DNA of 64,000 bases, taken from IMG/VR virus record IMGVR_UViG_3300047547_000492; one strand, given 5' to 3'. The notes beneath the pieces are model-generated. The model worked only from the letters and a program-made list of their open reading frames with translations. It was not told the origin of the DNA and did no database searches. Of this stretch, positions 1 to 9,162 are shown piece after piece (the stretch's first letter is position 1; each line of letters starts with the position of its first letter). Source of the DNA: an uncultured virus (IMG/VR IMGVR_UViG_3300047547_000492) (lineage: Duplodnaviria > Heunggongvirae > Uroviricota > Caudoviricetes). The position numbers were made by a program, and so were the translations under genes.

Positions 1-117
1 GTCGCGCCTCATCCGACCGTCGCGCCTCATCCGACCGTCGCGCCTCATCCGACCGTCGCGCCTCATCCGACCGTCGCGCCTCATCCGACCGTCGCGCCTC
101 ATCCGACCGTCGCGCCT
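1..117 (+). repeat. 18-bp tandem repeat GTCGCGCCTCATCCGACC, about 6.5 visible copies
   Basis: Direct reading; truncated by the window edge. Confidence 0.97.
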
Positions 118-231
118 GTTCTCGAACGTCAAATCGATGAGATGTTCGACAGGATGGGCGTTCCCAAGGGAGATCGGATGTGGCGCATGGGATGGCTGGA
201 GGGTCGGCACTCACAGCGCAACAGCGGCTGA
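1..231 (+). CDS. Partial hypothetical protein (5' end outside window) with (VAPHPT)n repeat
   Basis: Frame 1 is open from base 1 to TGA 229-231: six VAPHPT units, then VAPVLERQIDEMFDRMG... Confidence 0.55.
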   Translation, partial: VAPHPTVAPHPTVAPHPTVAPHPTVAPHPTVAPHPTVAPVLERQIDEMFDRMGVPKGDRMWRMGWLEGRHSQRNSG

Positions 232-243
232 TGGCTGCCACAT

Positions 244-1173
244 GTGGTCAGTGATACACAAGGTGTGAGGGTGAACATGCTGTTGATGAATCTGAAGACG
301 GGTAGATTGGCCAACGGGCACAATGTGGTTGAAGATGGCCACTGGGTTCCAGTCGCTGAGGCGGAGCCCTTCTTCACCCAGGAAGTCGTCTCCAAGGCGT
401 CTCCCGTCGAGAGGACTTCCGACGGCAAGTTCGACAGGTCTCACCTGTCGCCGGAACACGCCTATCGGATCGGCAGGGACTACTTGGCCCATTGCATCAG
501 GTACGGATGGCCGATGAAGGTCATCAAGGAACGGTTTGGGGTCGGAGCTCGGATCCTGGAGCTCGGATGCGGCAAAGAGCTCCCGATGTTCCGGACCTTG
601 ACGTGCGACCACTCGGCCACCACGCACTACAAGCCGTCGAGGTATGTAGGCATCGATCTGAATCGCGTCAAGTACAACCCCAACGTCAATGGCATCAGAA
701 CGACGATCCTCTCAGAGGTAAACGTCGTCACTCAACCGGAGAAGATCCCCGACGAGGTGTTCGATCTGGTGGCCTCGTTCGAGGTGGTCGAGCACATGGG
801 CAAGGATGACGGCACCAGGTTCCTCGACGCGATCATTTCGTCTGCCAGGCGTAAGATCCTCAGGGAGGACAAGGTCGGCGTGGCGTTGATTTCGACGCCG
901 GTGAATGGCGGAACGATCGCCAAGAACCACATCTATGAGTGGCAGAGGGGAGAACTCCGCAGGGCCATCGAGGCGTTGGGAGGTACGGTCGTGGGAGAAC
1001 ACGGCACGTTCTCCAACATCAAGGAGTTGGTCAACGTCCTGACTCCGGTGGAACGTCAATTGTGGAATTCGCTTGCTGACTACCACACCCCTCACGTTTT
1101 GTCGTGCCTGTTCTCTGCGAATCATCCTGAAGCCGCCAGGAACGTGGCGTGGCTCGTGGAGGTGAGGTCGTGA
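244..1173 (+). CDS. Class I SAM-dependent methyltransferase
   Basis: Motif I ILELGCG, acidic motif II YVGIDL, and FDLVASFEVVEH; true start may be a few codons downstream. Confidence 0.85.
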   Translation: MVSDTQGVRVNMLLMNLKTGRLANGHNVVEDGHWVPVAEAEPFFTQEVVSKASPVERTSDGKFDRSHLSPEHAYRIGRDYLAHCIRYGWPMKVIKERFGVGARILELGCGKELPMFRTLTCDHSATTHYKPSRYVGIDLNRVKYNPNVNGIRTTILSEVNVVTQPEKIPDEVFDLVASFEVVEHMGKDDGTRFLDAIISSARRKILREDKVGVALISTPVNGGTIAKNHIYEWQRGELRRAIEALGGTVVGEHGTFSNIKELVNVLTPVERQLWNSLADYHTPHVLSCLFSANHPEAARNVAWLVEVRS

Positions 1174-1874
1174 TCTTCGCTCTTCTGTCGGTGTGCGTCG
1201 CGTGGTCTACGAACTTCTTGGAGCTCGGCGACTCCAACGCGAGAGGGACCATTAGAGACACCTTGAAGGGCGGTCAACCAGTCCCGTTGGGATACAGGTT
1301 CTTCGATTCCGGCGTCGAACAGACGACGTGGCCCAACACGCACAATCCGAGCGTAGGCAAACTGCCCTATCTCGTGGACCTCGCCGTCGCGGACGGCGAA
1401 ACCACCGGATGGATCGTCAGACGTGGCACCTACGGCGCGACGCTCAATTGGCCCGGCGTCCTCGAGGGTCAGTGGCTCGGGGCCATTCATGATGTATCCC
1501 AGCTGGGAGGCGAGCCTGACGTCGTGATCCTCACGTACGGCGCCAACGATGGTAGGACCGAGGCCCAGGCCCTCGAGTTCGAGGAGAACGGCGAGTACAT
1601 CGTCTCTCTGATACAGTCCGAGTGGGAATACGCGACGATCGTGTGGGCCAAGGAGGGAACCAGTGCGTCTGGTGCCTTGGGAACGTATCGGTATCTGGAG
1701 CCGATCGTGTATCCCTCCATCGAAGTGATCGACCTGACTCACGAGAATGTCGTGACCGCCGATGGATCTCAGTGCGAGAGGGCGGACGAGATCCATTGGT
1801 CGCCGGTGGCCAGAGGTAGGCACGGCGGTCAGAGGTGCGTCGCTCAGGCCATCTACGCCGTGGTGTTTCCGTGA
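1170..1874 (+). CDS. SGNH/GDSL-family hydrolase with N-terminal hydrophobic segment
   Basis: Block I LGDS, block III YGAND, block V DEIH; GTG start overlaps the upstream TGA. Confidence 0.8.
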   Translation: MIFALLSVCVAWSTNFLELGDSNARGTIRDTLKGGQPVPLGYRFFDSGVEQTTWPNTHNPSVGKLPYLVDLAVADGETTGWIVRRGTYGATLNWPGVLEGQWLGAIHDVSQLGGEPDVVILTYGANDGRTEAQALEFEENGEYIVSLIQSEWEYATIVWAKEGTSASGALGTYRYLEPIVYPSIEVIDLTHENVVTADGSQCERADEIHWSPVARGRHGGQRCVAQAIYAVVFP

Positions 1875-2449
1875 TCGTGGTCCTGGAGGGTCCAGACGGA
1901 GTCGGCAAGACCAGTCTGGCGCACTGGATCAAGGCAACCATCGGTGACAAGCGCGTCGAGATGAAATCTTTCGGTCCGCCTGGTGATGACCCCATGCAGG
2001 AGTACCTTCTGGCAGTCCAGGAGGCCGAGTATGACCGCAACAGCTGTCGATACAGCACGGTATTCGACAGATTGCACGTCGGTGAACTGGTGTACGGTCC
2101 GATCTTCAGGGGTGGATCGGGCATCACGGTGGACGACGCCAACAGGATCGACTCAACGTTGAGCTCGATCGGGGCATTGACCGTGCACTGCACGGCCCCT
2201 GCGGCGACCGTGAAATCCAGGCTGATGAGCAGGGACGGAGGCAAACCCGACAGCAAGAGCGGAGCGTCGGTCGAGCACGTGGAGGCGGTCAGGCGGTCAT
2301 ACATCGCCTACCTGGGCGCCGAAACCGGTGGCGAAAGGGTGTTGACGCATCAGTGGATGGTGGTCGACACAACCGGAAGATTGGATTCGATCGCAACCGC
2401 GATCGTGAGGGCGGCGAATAGGCTCGACGCGTCGATCAGGCGCGCCTAG
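1871..2449 (+). CDS. Thymidylate-kinase-like dNMP kinase
   Basis: N-terminal VLEGPDGVGKT P-loop and FDR...GELVYGPIFRG; GTGA-coupled start. Confidence 0.82.
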   Translation: MIVVLEGPDGVGKTSLAHWIKATIGDKRVEMKSFGPPGDDPMQEYLLAVQEAEYDRNSCRYSTVFDRLHVGELVYGPIFRGGSGITVDDANRIDSTLSSIGALTVHCTAPAATVKSRLMSRDGGKPDSKSGASVEHVEAVRRSYIAYLGAETGGERVLTHQWMVVDTTGRLDSIATAIVRAANRLDASIRRA

Positions 2450-2491
2450 CGCCGCGGAGATATACGATGAACAACAACGGGAGAAGTTCTC

Positions 2492-2764
2492 ATGGTGATC
2501 TCGTACAAAGAGCTCCAGGGTCTGCCGCCGCGGGTCAGGAAGGCGGCGGAGAAACTGCTCAGCCACGCGGGGCTGGAGATCAGGGAGGGATCGTCTGTGA
2601 CCCTCTCCAAGGAGGCGAGGGCCAAGCTCGATTCGGAGGAGTGGAGTCGCAAGGGGATCCGTCTGGTGAGCAAGGAACTGGATCGCCTGAGGGCATCGGA
2701 GACCGCGGCGCCGGAGGAGCCCAAAACGTCGTCGGCCAAGAAGAAGGTCGACGCGTCCAGCTGA
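2492..2764 (+). CDS. Small basic hypothetical protein
   Basis: ATG preceded by GGGAGA; fills the gap between the kinase and the ThyA-like gene. Confidence 0.6.
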   Translation: MVISYKELQGLPPRVRKAAEKLLSHAGLEIREGSSVTLSKEARAKLDSEEWSRKGIRLVSKELDRLRASETAAPEEPKTSSAKKKVDASS

Positions 2765-2811
2765 ATTCGGTCAGCGGTCCGCTCGTCGGATCGTTCAGCA
2801 CTGGACAGGGC

Positions 2812-3669
2812 ATGTTCATGGCGGCTCTGGATGGGTGCATGTCCAGCAGAGCCAGACTGTCCTCGCCTCGAGGTATGAACGTTCTCGAGCTGACCAAGCC
2901 GTGCCTTCTCACGCTCACGGATGTCAGGCGTCCGTTCGTGGTCTCTCCGGCCAGAAGAGCGAAGTATAGGTTCGGTCTGGTGGAAGCCGCGTGGATCCTG
3001 GCTGGACTCGACGATCTCGAGACGGTGGCCAGGGTCAATGGCAGGATGAGGGACTTCAGCGACGACGGAAAGACGCTGTGGGGAGCCTACGGCCCCAGAG
3101 TGATGGGTCAACTGCAGCATGTCGTGTCTTCACTCAAGAATGACCGCGACACCCGACAGGCCGTGTTGACCACGTGGAGATCGCCTGAACCTGGTCAGAT
3201 CGTCAGAAGCAAGGATGTGCCGTGCACGGTCGCGTGGCATTTCACCGTGAGGGACGACCGACTGGAGTTGGTGGTCTTCATGCGTTCGAATGACGCGTGG
3301 CTCGGTCTACCCTATGACACGTTGTCGTTCACAACCGTGCAGAGGGTCCTGGCGTCCATGCTCGGGATGAAGCTGGGGCATTACACGTTGGTGGCGTCCA
3401 ACCTTCATCTGTACGAAACGCATTGGGAGCAGGCCGCCGAGACGGTGCTGAATGACGCGCATTCCGATCTGAACGTTCCAGATCTGCCCGATCTCGGACA
3501 TCTACTCCAGAGCATGAGCGTGGATGATGTCATCGACACATTCAGATCGGTGTTGAGGGGAGAGCGGACCTGCCAACCGCTGGAACCTTTCAGGTGCGCG
3601 GCCCTCGGGTCGATGACGGACCAGACTTACGCCGAGCTAGTGAGGATCGGGTCTAGGCGGTCCAAGTGA
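2812..3669 (+). CDS. Thymidylate synthase-fold enzyme, probable dCMP hydroxymethylase/methylase
   Basis: WGAYGPR, DTRQAV, KDVPC (catalytic Cys), MRSNDAWLGLPYD and NLHLYE; start position uncertain. Confidence 0.85.
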   Translation: MFMAALDGCMSSRARLSSPRGMNVLELTKPCLLTLTDVRRPFVVSPARRAKYRFGLVEAAWILAGLDDLETVARVNGRMRDFSDDGKTLWGAYGPRVMGQLQHVVSSLKNDRDTRQAVLTTWRSPEPGQIVRSKDVPCTVAWHFTVRDDRLELVVFMRSNDAWLGLPYDTLSFTTVQRVLASMLGMKLGHYTLVASNLHLYETHWEQAAETVLNDAHSDLNVPDLPDLGHLLQSMSVDDVIDTFRSVLRGERTCQPLEPFRCAALGSMTDQTYAELVRIGSRRSK

Positions 3670-6002
3670 GCGCCGCGAGGATCGTGTGGACCATGGATGA
3701 TTGGATCCAGGTCCTCAGAGAGGCCTTGGGGTCTGACAGGGTGGGCCTGGACTTCGAGACCAGGCCCAACGGAGCATCTGAAGAGACCACGTCGGCCCTG
3801 CGCGCTGAGGAGGGAGCCCAGATCGTTGGAGTGGCACTCGCATGGAGGATTCCAGGAACCCAGTCAGACATCAAATCGGCGTACGTTCCAATTCGACACG
3901 ACGTGAGGTTCGCGGGCGGCAGACAGCCTGAGGCCAGAGGTGTCCTGAGGGCCCTATCCGATTTCATGGATGAGAGAGCCCCAGGGTCGCTGGTGGTGGT
4001 GGCGAACCTCTCCATGGAGCTCTCCATGATGCTCGGAGAGGGAGTGTCGTGGCCGAGGCCTGGAGAGATCCACGACGTTCAAATCGCAGCTCGAGTGTTG
4101 AACAAGGGCGTTGGGCCGAAGGAGCTGATCGGTCTCAAGCCCATGCAGGCTTCGATCCTCAACAAGGACATGGAGACCAAGAACGATCTCGACAGGTGGC
4201 TGGCTGGTCACGGGTTCAAACCTGGCAAGGATATCTGGCATGCTCCGGTGGCCATAGCTGGGGCGTACGCTCAGGATGACGCCGCTGATGCGCTGAAGAT
4301 TTGGCTGATGTGGGAGAGCCAGGTGTACGCTCCGAAGTCCGACCCGACACCGTGGTGGTGGACGAGAGCTCCAAATAGGATGTCTCGGCACGACCTCTAC
4401 GAGATGGAGGTAGAGGTCGCCATCGACTGTCTGATCGCCTGTCTCAGAGGGATCAGAGTGGACACCGGACTAACCGACAGGCGCGCCAATGCGGCTGAGA
4501 TCCTTCAGGAAGCGTGCACCAGATGGATCAGAGATCGATTCAACATGCCGACGTTGAATCCGGGGAGTCAGACCCAACTCCGGGGGATCCTATTCGGCTC
4601 CAACGAATACGCGTTCAAGGTGACGACAGCGCATTTGACCGACAGCTTCAAGAAGATGTCGGAGCGCGACCAGCTCAAGATCATGGCGACCACCAAGGGT
4701 CAACCTGTGGACTACGCGTCTTTGGACGTGGAGGCGTTGGAGTACTACGCCGAGGAGTATCCGCAGCACTCTGACCTCATGTTCATGCTGGCCGTCTACA
4801 GGAAGTGCAACACGGCCATCTCGTGGTTCAGGGACAGGGTTCTCGAGTACGGCCAAAGGCCGTGTCCAGACCCGTGGTGGGACATCGACAGATGTCCCCA
4901 CGAAGTGGGTCTGGTGAATCTGATCTTCCATCGCCTCAGGACCGTGGCCACCGTCTCAGGTCGAAAATCTTCAACCGATTACAACATGCAGCAGGTTCCG
5001 AAACGGTTCAAGATGTTGATAGACTCGGCCAGGGTGATGGACATCTTGGCGGCGTTCCTGCCGTCCAACCAGATGGAGCAGCTGAAGAACGCCGTGGATG
5101 TAGTCGAGGTTCAAGCTGGGGACGAGGCCAAGGCCCTCGGGTTGGACGCCGGATCATGGGCTATCGACTTCTCCGTGAGGGCCATGTTCATTCCGAGGGA
5201 GGAATTGAACCTGAGGACGTTCGACCTCTCTCAGGTGGAGATGCGCGGATTTGCGCATTTCAGCGGCAATCCGATGCTGTGCGCCGGTTACGGCGATCCT
5301 ATGTCTGATCAGGATGTGGACCTCGCCCTGTCTCAGGTCGTCGGATTCATGCGTGACGGATCGTGGGGAGAGGTGGATTGGGATCGACATCATCGCTTGG
5401 AGAGGAACACATTCGACATCCATTCGTTCGTAGCTGATCAGCTCGGGATCAGCCGCAAGAAGGCCAAGGGCGTGAACTTCGGCATCGTGTACGGAATGGG
5501 GAAGCGCAAGTTGGCTCGAGAGCAGGGGTGGACGCCTGACGTGGGCGCCAAATACCTGAAGGACTACTACTCCAAGTTGCCTGAGATCCTGCAGCTTCAG
5601 ACGAAGATCAAGGCGACCCTGAGGAGCAGGGGGTACATCTTCGATCCCTTCGGTCGACGTTACTATCTCCCCATGAACAGGTCATACGTCGGGTTGAACC
5701 GTCTGATCCAGGGGTGGGCCGCATCGGTCTTCAAGGTCGGCGTCGTGAGGATGTGCGACGTCTTCGAGTCTATGGGTGATAGGTCCGTCCATCCGGTTAC
5801 CAAGCGGATGATGCCGACGGGTCCGCGGCTTCTGACGTGCGTGCACGACGAGGCGATGGTTGAGGTTCCCAAGGGATCGGACACCCCGGAATTCGATTGG
5901 ACCGTGAGGACCTGCATGACGGCCGTGCACGGACTGAGAGGTCCGTTGGGAACTTCGTCTGAGAGATCATCTGTGTCATGGGACGCCGTCAAGGCGGTCT
6001 GA
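3666..6002 (+). CDS. polA: Family A DNA polymerase with 3'-5' exonuclease domain
   Basis: ExoI GLDFET, ExoIII YAQDD, motif A DLSQVEMR, motif B KGVNFGIVYG, motif C VHDE. Confidence 0.95.
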   Translation: MSAARIVWTMDDWIQVLREALGSDRVGLDFETRPNGASEETTSALRAEEGAQIVGVALAWRIPGTQSDIKSAYVPIRHDVRFAGGRQPEARGVLRALSDFMDERAPGSLVVVANLSMELSMMLGEGVSWPRPGEIHDVQIAARVLNKGVGPKELIGLKPMQASILNKDMETKNDLDRWLAGHGFKPGKDIWHAPVAIAGAYAQDDAADALKIWLMWESQVYAPKSDPTPWWWTRAPNRMSRHDLYEMEVEVAIDCLIACLRGIRVDTGLTDRRANAAEILQEACTRWIRDRFNMPTLNPGSQTQLRGILFGSNEYAFKVTTAHLTDSFKKMSERDQLKIMATTKGQPVDYASLDVEALEYYAEEYPQHSDLMFMLAVYRKCNTAISWFRDRVLEYGQRPCPDPWWDIDRCPHEVGLVNLIFHRLRTVATVSGRKSSTDYNMQQVPKRFKMLIDSARVMDILAAFLPSNQMEQLKNAVDVVEVQAGDEAKALGLDAGSWAIDFSVRAMFIPREELNLRTFDLSQVEMRGFAHFSGNPMLCAGYGDPMSDQDVDLALSQVVGFMRDGSWGEVDWDRHHRLERNTFDIHSFVADQLGISRKKAKGVNFGIVYGMGKRKLAREQGWTPDVGAKYLKDYYSKLPEILQLQTKIKATLRSRGYIFDPFGRRYYLPMNRSYVGLNRLIQGWAASVFKVGVVRMCDVFESMGDRSVHPVTKRMMPTGPRLLTCVHDEAMVEVPKGSDTPEFDWTVRTCMTAVHGLRGPLGTSSERSSVSWDAVKAV

Positions 6003-6012
6003 GGGAGGGTAC

Positions 6013-6366
6013 GTGGCTGCCAATCCGGCGTGGTTCGGCGAAGACGAGATCTTGCTCGTGATCAACAAGTCCAAGACGATGGAGGTCCAAGTCAGAACGA
6101 AGATGGTCAAGGTCGGCGGCAAACCGGCGATCAAGTGGACCGATGTCAGAGAGTTCTGGAAGAGAAAGTCGTCAACTGAAGCGGTGCATACCAGAAAGGG
6201 CATCATGCTGTCAGACGGAGTCTGGTTTCAGTTGATCTCCGGGGTGCTCAGCGGACTCTCGAGGGAGGAACTGCTGAAGTGCGGCGTGTCCGACGACGAG
6301 TTGGATTCGACGATCTCTCTCATGGAGAACCATCTGCAGAGGCTCAGGTCGGAGCGTCAGCCTTGA
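6013..6366 (+). CDS. PC4/YdbC-like ssDNA-binding protein
   Basis: WTDVREFW...TRKGIML pattern typical of the PC4 fold. Confidence 0.65.
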   Translation: MAANPAWFGEDEILLVINKSKTMEVQVRTKMVKVGGKPAIKWTDVREFWKRKSSTEAVHTRKGIMLSDGVWFQLISGVLSGLSREELLKCGVSDDELDSTISLMENHLQRLRSERQP

Positions 6367-6779
6367 GCAAGGCCAACCCGGAGAGCGTGTCCACCAAGGA
6401 GTTCAGGCGCCTGTTGGAGGCCAGAGGCGCCTTCACGCTGAAGCTCAGTGACTCGTTCACCAGGGGCGTCCCGGATCTCCTCGTCTCCACGAACAGGGTT
6501 GTGATGGTCGAGATGAAGCAGGACTTCGGCACTGGGTCCCATAGGTCCTACAAGACCCTCGGAATGTCCGGCGCTCAAGACCAGGGGATCAGAGAGTTGT
6601 GCAGACGCAACCCTCATTCTGCGTGTGTGGTCGGCGCGGATCCTGGAAACGAGATGAGGTGTAAGCTCTGGTCTCCGGTGGTTCCTGAGAGGTCAGGCGG
6701 TCCATTCGTGTGGTACGCTTTGGCGGCTGTCGGATTCGAGGAGGTGTGGTCGTGGCTGACGATCGGATCCCGGATCTGA
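6363..6779 (+). CDS. VRR-NUC-like PD-(D/E)XK nuclease / Holliday junction resolvase
   Basis: GVPDLLV...VEMK and a downstream Q; TTG start overlapping the upstream stop. Confidence 0.7.
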   Translation: MSKANPESVSTKEFRRLLEARGAFTLKLSDSFTRGVPDLLVSTNRVVMVEMKQDFGTGSHRSYKTLGMSGAQDQGIRELCRRNPHSACVVGADPGNEMRCKLWSPVVPERSGGPFVWYALAAVGFEEVWSWLTIGSRI

Positions 6780-7228
6780 GGATCCTCCTCATGGAATTGC
6801 TCAGACACGGCGTGAAGGCATGGCCCGAACTCGTTCAACCGTCAGACGTTGATCGAATCGCCAGGGCAGACGACGTTATGTTGGTGTCGGCCAGGGTGGC
6901 TGCGTCGATCGCCAAGAGGGCCGGTATGACCGACGCCGAACTCCTGAGGGTTGTGGAGTCGGCCAAGACCGTGCTCCCATCGTCGGCCAAAGTGGATGAC
7001 TTCGACCCTGACGTTCAGCGAAACGACGTTCCTGAGCCCAATAGACTCATGTGGCGGATCGATGAGTGTCTGTCCGACGTATCCAGACGAGGTTCTGTTC
7101 CGTCGTGGTTCGTCGATTCGTTCTGGCCGCAGTTCCTGATGCGGGTGGCGTCTGGTAACAAGCCGACGTCAAGAGACTGCTCCATCATGATGACCGTCCT
7201 CGAGGCGGCCGGAGGGAAGCGTGGCTGA
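6752..7228 (+). CDS. Hypothetical protein
   Basis: GAGGAGG RBS before GTG 6752; coupled to neighbouring genes. Confidence 0.6.
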   Translation: MADDRIPDLRILLMELLRHGVKAWPELVQPSDVDRIARADDVMLVSARVAASIAKRAGMTDAELLRVVESAKTVLPSSAKVDDFDPDVQRNDVPEPNRLMWRIDECLSDVSRRGSVPSWFVDSFWPQFLMRVASGNKPTSRDCSIMMTVLEAAGGKRG

Positions 7229-7682
7229 GAGACGACGCCAGACGAGGGACATCCACTTCATGGGCATGGCGTGGTACGTGGCCAGCATGGGAACATGTGA
7301 CAGGCGAAGGGTGGGATGCGTCTTGGTGGATGAGGACCATCACGTCCTGTCGACTGGATACAATGGAGCTCCACCCGGGAAACCTCACTGTGACGAAGTT
7401 GGCCATCTGATGCACAAGGAAAGCTGTGTCAGGACGGTGCACGCCGAGGCCAACGCCGTGGGACGAGCGGCGAAGAAGGGCAACGCCCTCAATGGATGCA
7501 CGGCGTACGTCACGGCTCATCCGTGCATCGAGTGCATCAAGCTGCTCATCGCGGCTGGGTGTCAGAGGGTCGTGTACGGAGAACCGTATCACGAGGATAA
7601 GGACGAGATATCGTCGACCATCGCCCACGGTCTCCTGAAGATCGAGTTTCTGGAAATCAGAGGAGGTGTTCAGTGCGGATAG
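7221..7682 (+). CDS. dCMP deaminase family protein
   Basis: STGYNG, HAEANA and PCIEC zinc-binding motifs. Confidence 0.93.
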   Translation: MAERRRQTRDIHFMGMAWYVASMGTCDRRRVGCVLVDEDHHVLSTGYNGAPPGKPHCDEVGHLMHKESCVRTVHAEANAVGRAAKKGNALNGCTAYVTAHPCIECIKLLIAAGCQRVVYGEPYHEDKDEISSTIAHGLLKIEFLEIRGGVQCG

Positions 7683-8311
7683 CGATGATCGGAGCCAGTG
7701 GTACCGGAAAGACGACGATCGCCAGGTTGATCTCTGAACGACACGATGTTCCGTTGAATCCGGTGGGATCCAGGTCCGTGAGCGCGTCCATGGGATTCAG
7801 GACCCCGTACTGCGTGGACAAAGCCGACAAGACGACGTATCTTCAAGAGATCTTGGTCGGTACTGATCCAAAAGTGGCCGCGCACAGAGCCATGCTGATG
7901 CACCATCCGAACAAGGATAACGTGAGATCCACGTTTCAACTCAGACTTCAGCGCGAGAAGATCAAGTGGGAACTCGAGAACGATTCGTTCGTCACGGACA
8001 GAACCACTGTCGACGACGTGGTGTACTCGCTGCTGCACTGTCCTCAGGGGGTCACGCCGGACCAGATGTCGACCGCGGCGATGCATCTGTCCACGTATGA
8101 CCTGGTGGTGAAGACCCCCATGATCAACTTCTTCAACACCGATGGAGACCGGTCTCGAGTGGAGGACAGGGATTACAACGCCAAGTTCGAGATGGTCGCA
8201 TTCGCCTTGGTGGATTCCTGGCTCGCGGCGCTGGGACTGCTTCACAGGGTGGTGTGGGCTCCGTCCGGATCTCCCGAGGGACGGTTCGAAGCTGTGATGG
8301 CGCATCTGTAA
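7673..8311 (+). CDS. NadR-type P-loop ATPase / nucleotide kinase
   Basis: IAMIGASGTGKTT and FVTDRT..D motifs. Confidence 0.7.
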   Translation: MRIAMIGASGTGKTTIARLISERHDVPLNPVGSRSVSASMGFRTPYCVDKADKTTYLQEILVGTDPKVAAHRAMLMHHPNKDNVRSTFQLRLQREKIKWELENDSFVTDRTTVDDVVYSLLHCPQGVTPDQMSTAAMHLSTYDLVVKTPMINFFNTDGDRSRVEDRDYNAKFEMVAFALVDSWLAALGLLHRVVWAPSGSPEGRFEAVMAHL

Positions 8312-8421
8312 CGAATATCGGATCCCCGTCTGAGATAACGATGGATCGGTCGTTGGCTCAGGGCTGTGGGCCTGGATACCAGATTTGAGCGCCTGGTCCC
8401 CCCAGGCTCTGGAGGTGTCGA

Positions 8422-9084
8422 TTGCAGACGAACAAGCGGTCTGAGGAGCAGGTGTCCCCCGAGCCGACGAGCGTTCCCAGTCTCAGCGTCTTGGAAGGCG
8501 CTGCGCCTGTGAAGATCCTGGTCCGCAATGAAGCCTCCGGATACTCGTGGAAATTCGTCTCAGAGTCCCAGACCTTCGGCCCATTCTTCGGACAGGTCGC
8601 GCCCAAGATCGGGGATGCGGTCAGCATCCCGACGAAACCTCCGATCGATGTGGTCGTGGCTGAGGTCGGCGACCATCTGAACATAACGGCCGGAGATCTC
8701 GCGGCGCGCGACAAATTCGATCCTCGAAGGGTGTACACCACCACGAACGGAACATCGGTGGTGTACAAGAGGACGGAGGGAACCCGAGTGGTCCTCTGGT
8801 CCTACAAGATCAACGGCGAGATCATGGTCTCAAATTCAGTCGAGATGTCCGCCTCAGACAGGGTGGCCGAACCAGTCGCGTCGGGAAGACGCCCGACCCA
8901 GAAGCTCCTGGCTGCATATCTGATCGGTCAAAATCCCGTGATCACGCCTCAGGAGCTGACGGCGCAACTCGCTGAGGCGTTTCCGGAGGCCGGCGTCGGA
9001 AAGCGCCATGGTCCGCATTACCTCTCGCAGAGCCGTCGAGGACGCTTGCCCGAACCCCCTGACAGCGATCCTCGAGACTGGTGA
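8422..9084 (+). CDS. Hypothetical protein; C-terminal domain shared with 61228-61794
   Basis: GGAGG RBS; C-terminal LAEAFPEAGVGKRHGPHYLS. Confidence 0.7.
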   Translation: MQTNKRSEEQVSPEPTSVPSLSVLEGAAPVKILVRNEASGYSWKFVSESQTFGPFFGQVAPKIGDAVSIPTKPPIDVVVAEVGDHLNITAGDLAARDKFDPRRVYTTTNGTSVVYKRTEGTRVVLWSYKINGEIMVSNSVEMSASDRVAEPVASGRRPTQKLLAAYLIGQNPVITPQELTAQLAEAFPEAGVGKRHGPHYLSQSRRGRLPEPPDSDPRDW

Positions 9085-9162
9085 CTTGTAAGGCGTTGAA
9101 CTGGCACAACGCGCGGCCAGTCGAGGCAAGATACCAGGAAGAGGTGAGCAAAGGAGGGTGTC

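Noticed and set aside
2467..2811. N-terminal extension of the 400-aa ThyA-like ORF
   Set aside because: The extension is low-complexity and overlaps the better 90-aa ORF 2492-2764; the real start is probably near 2812.
8345..8415. A sixth ribozyme-like element upstream of 8422
   Set aside because: Short stems exist (GCTCAG/TTGAGC, GCCTGG/CCAGGC) but the TTAGG, GCG-hairpin-GT and GGGG/CCCC layout is missing.
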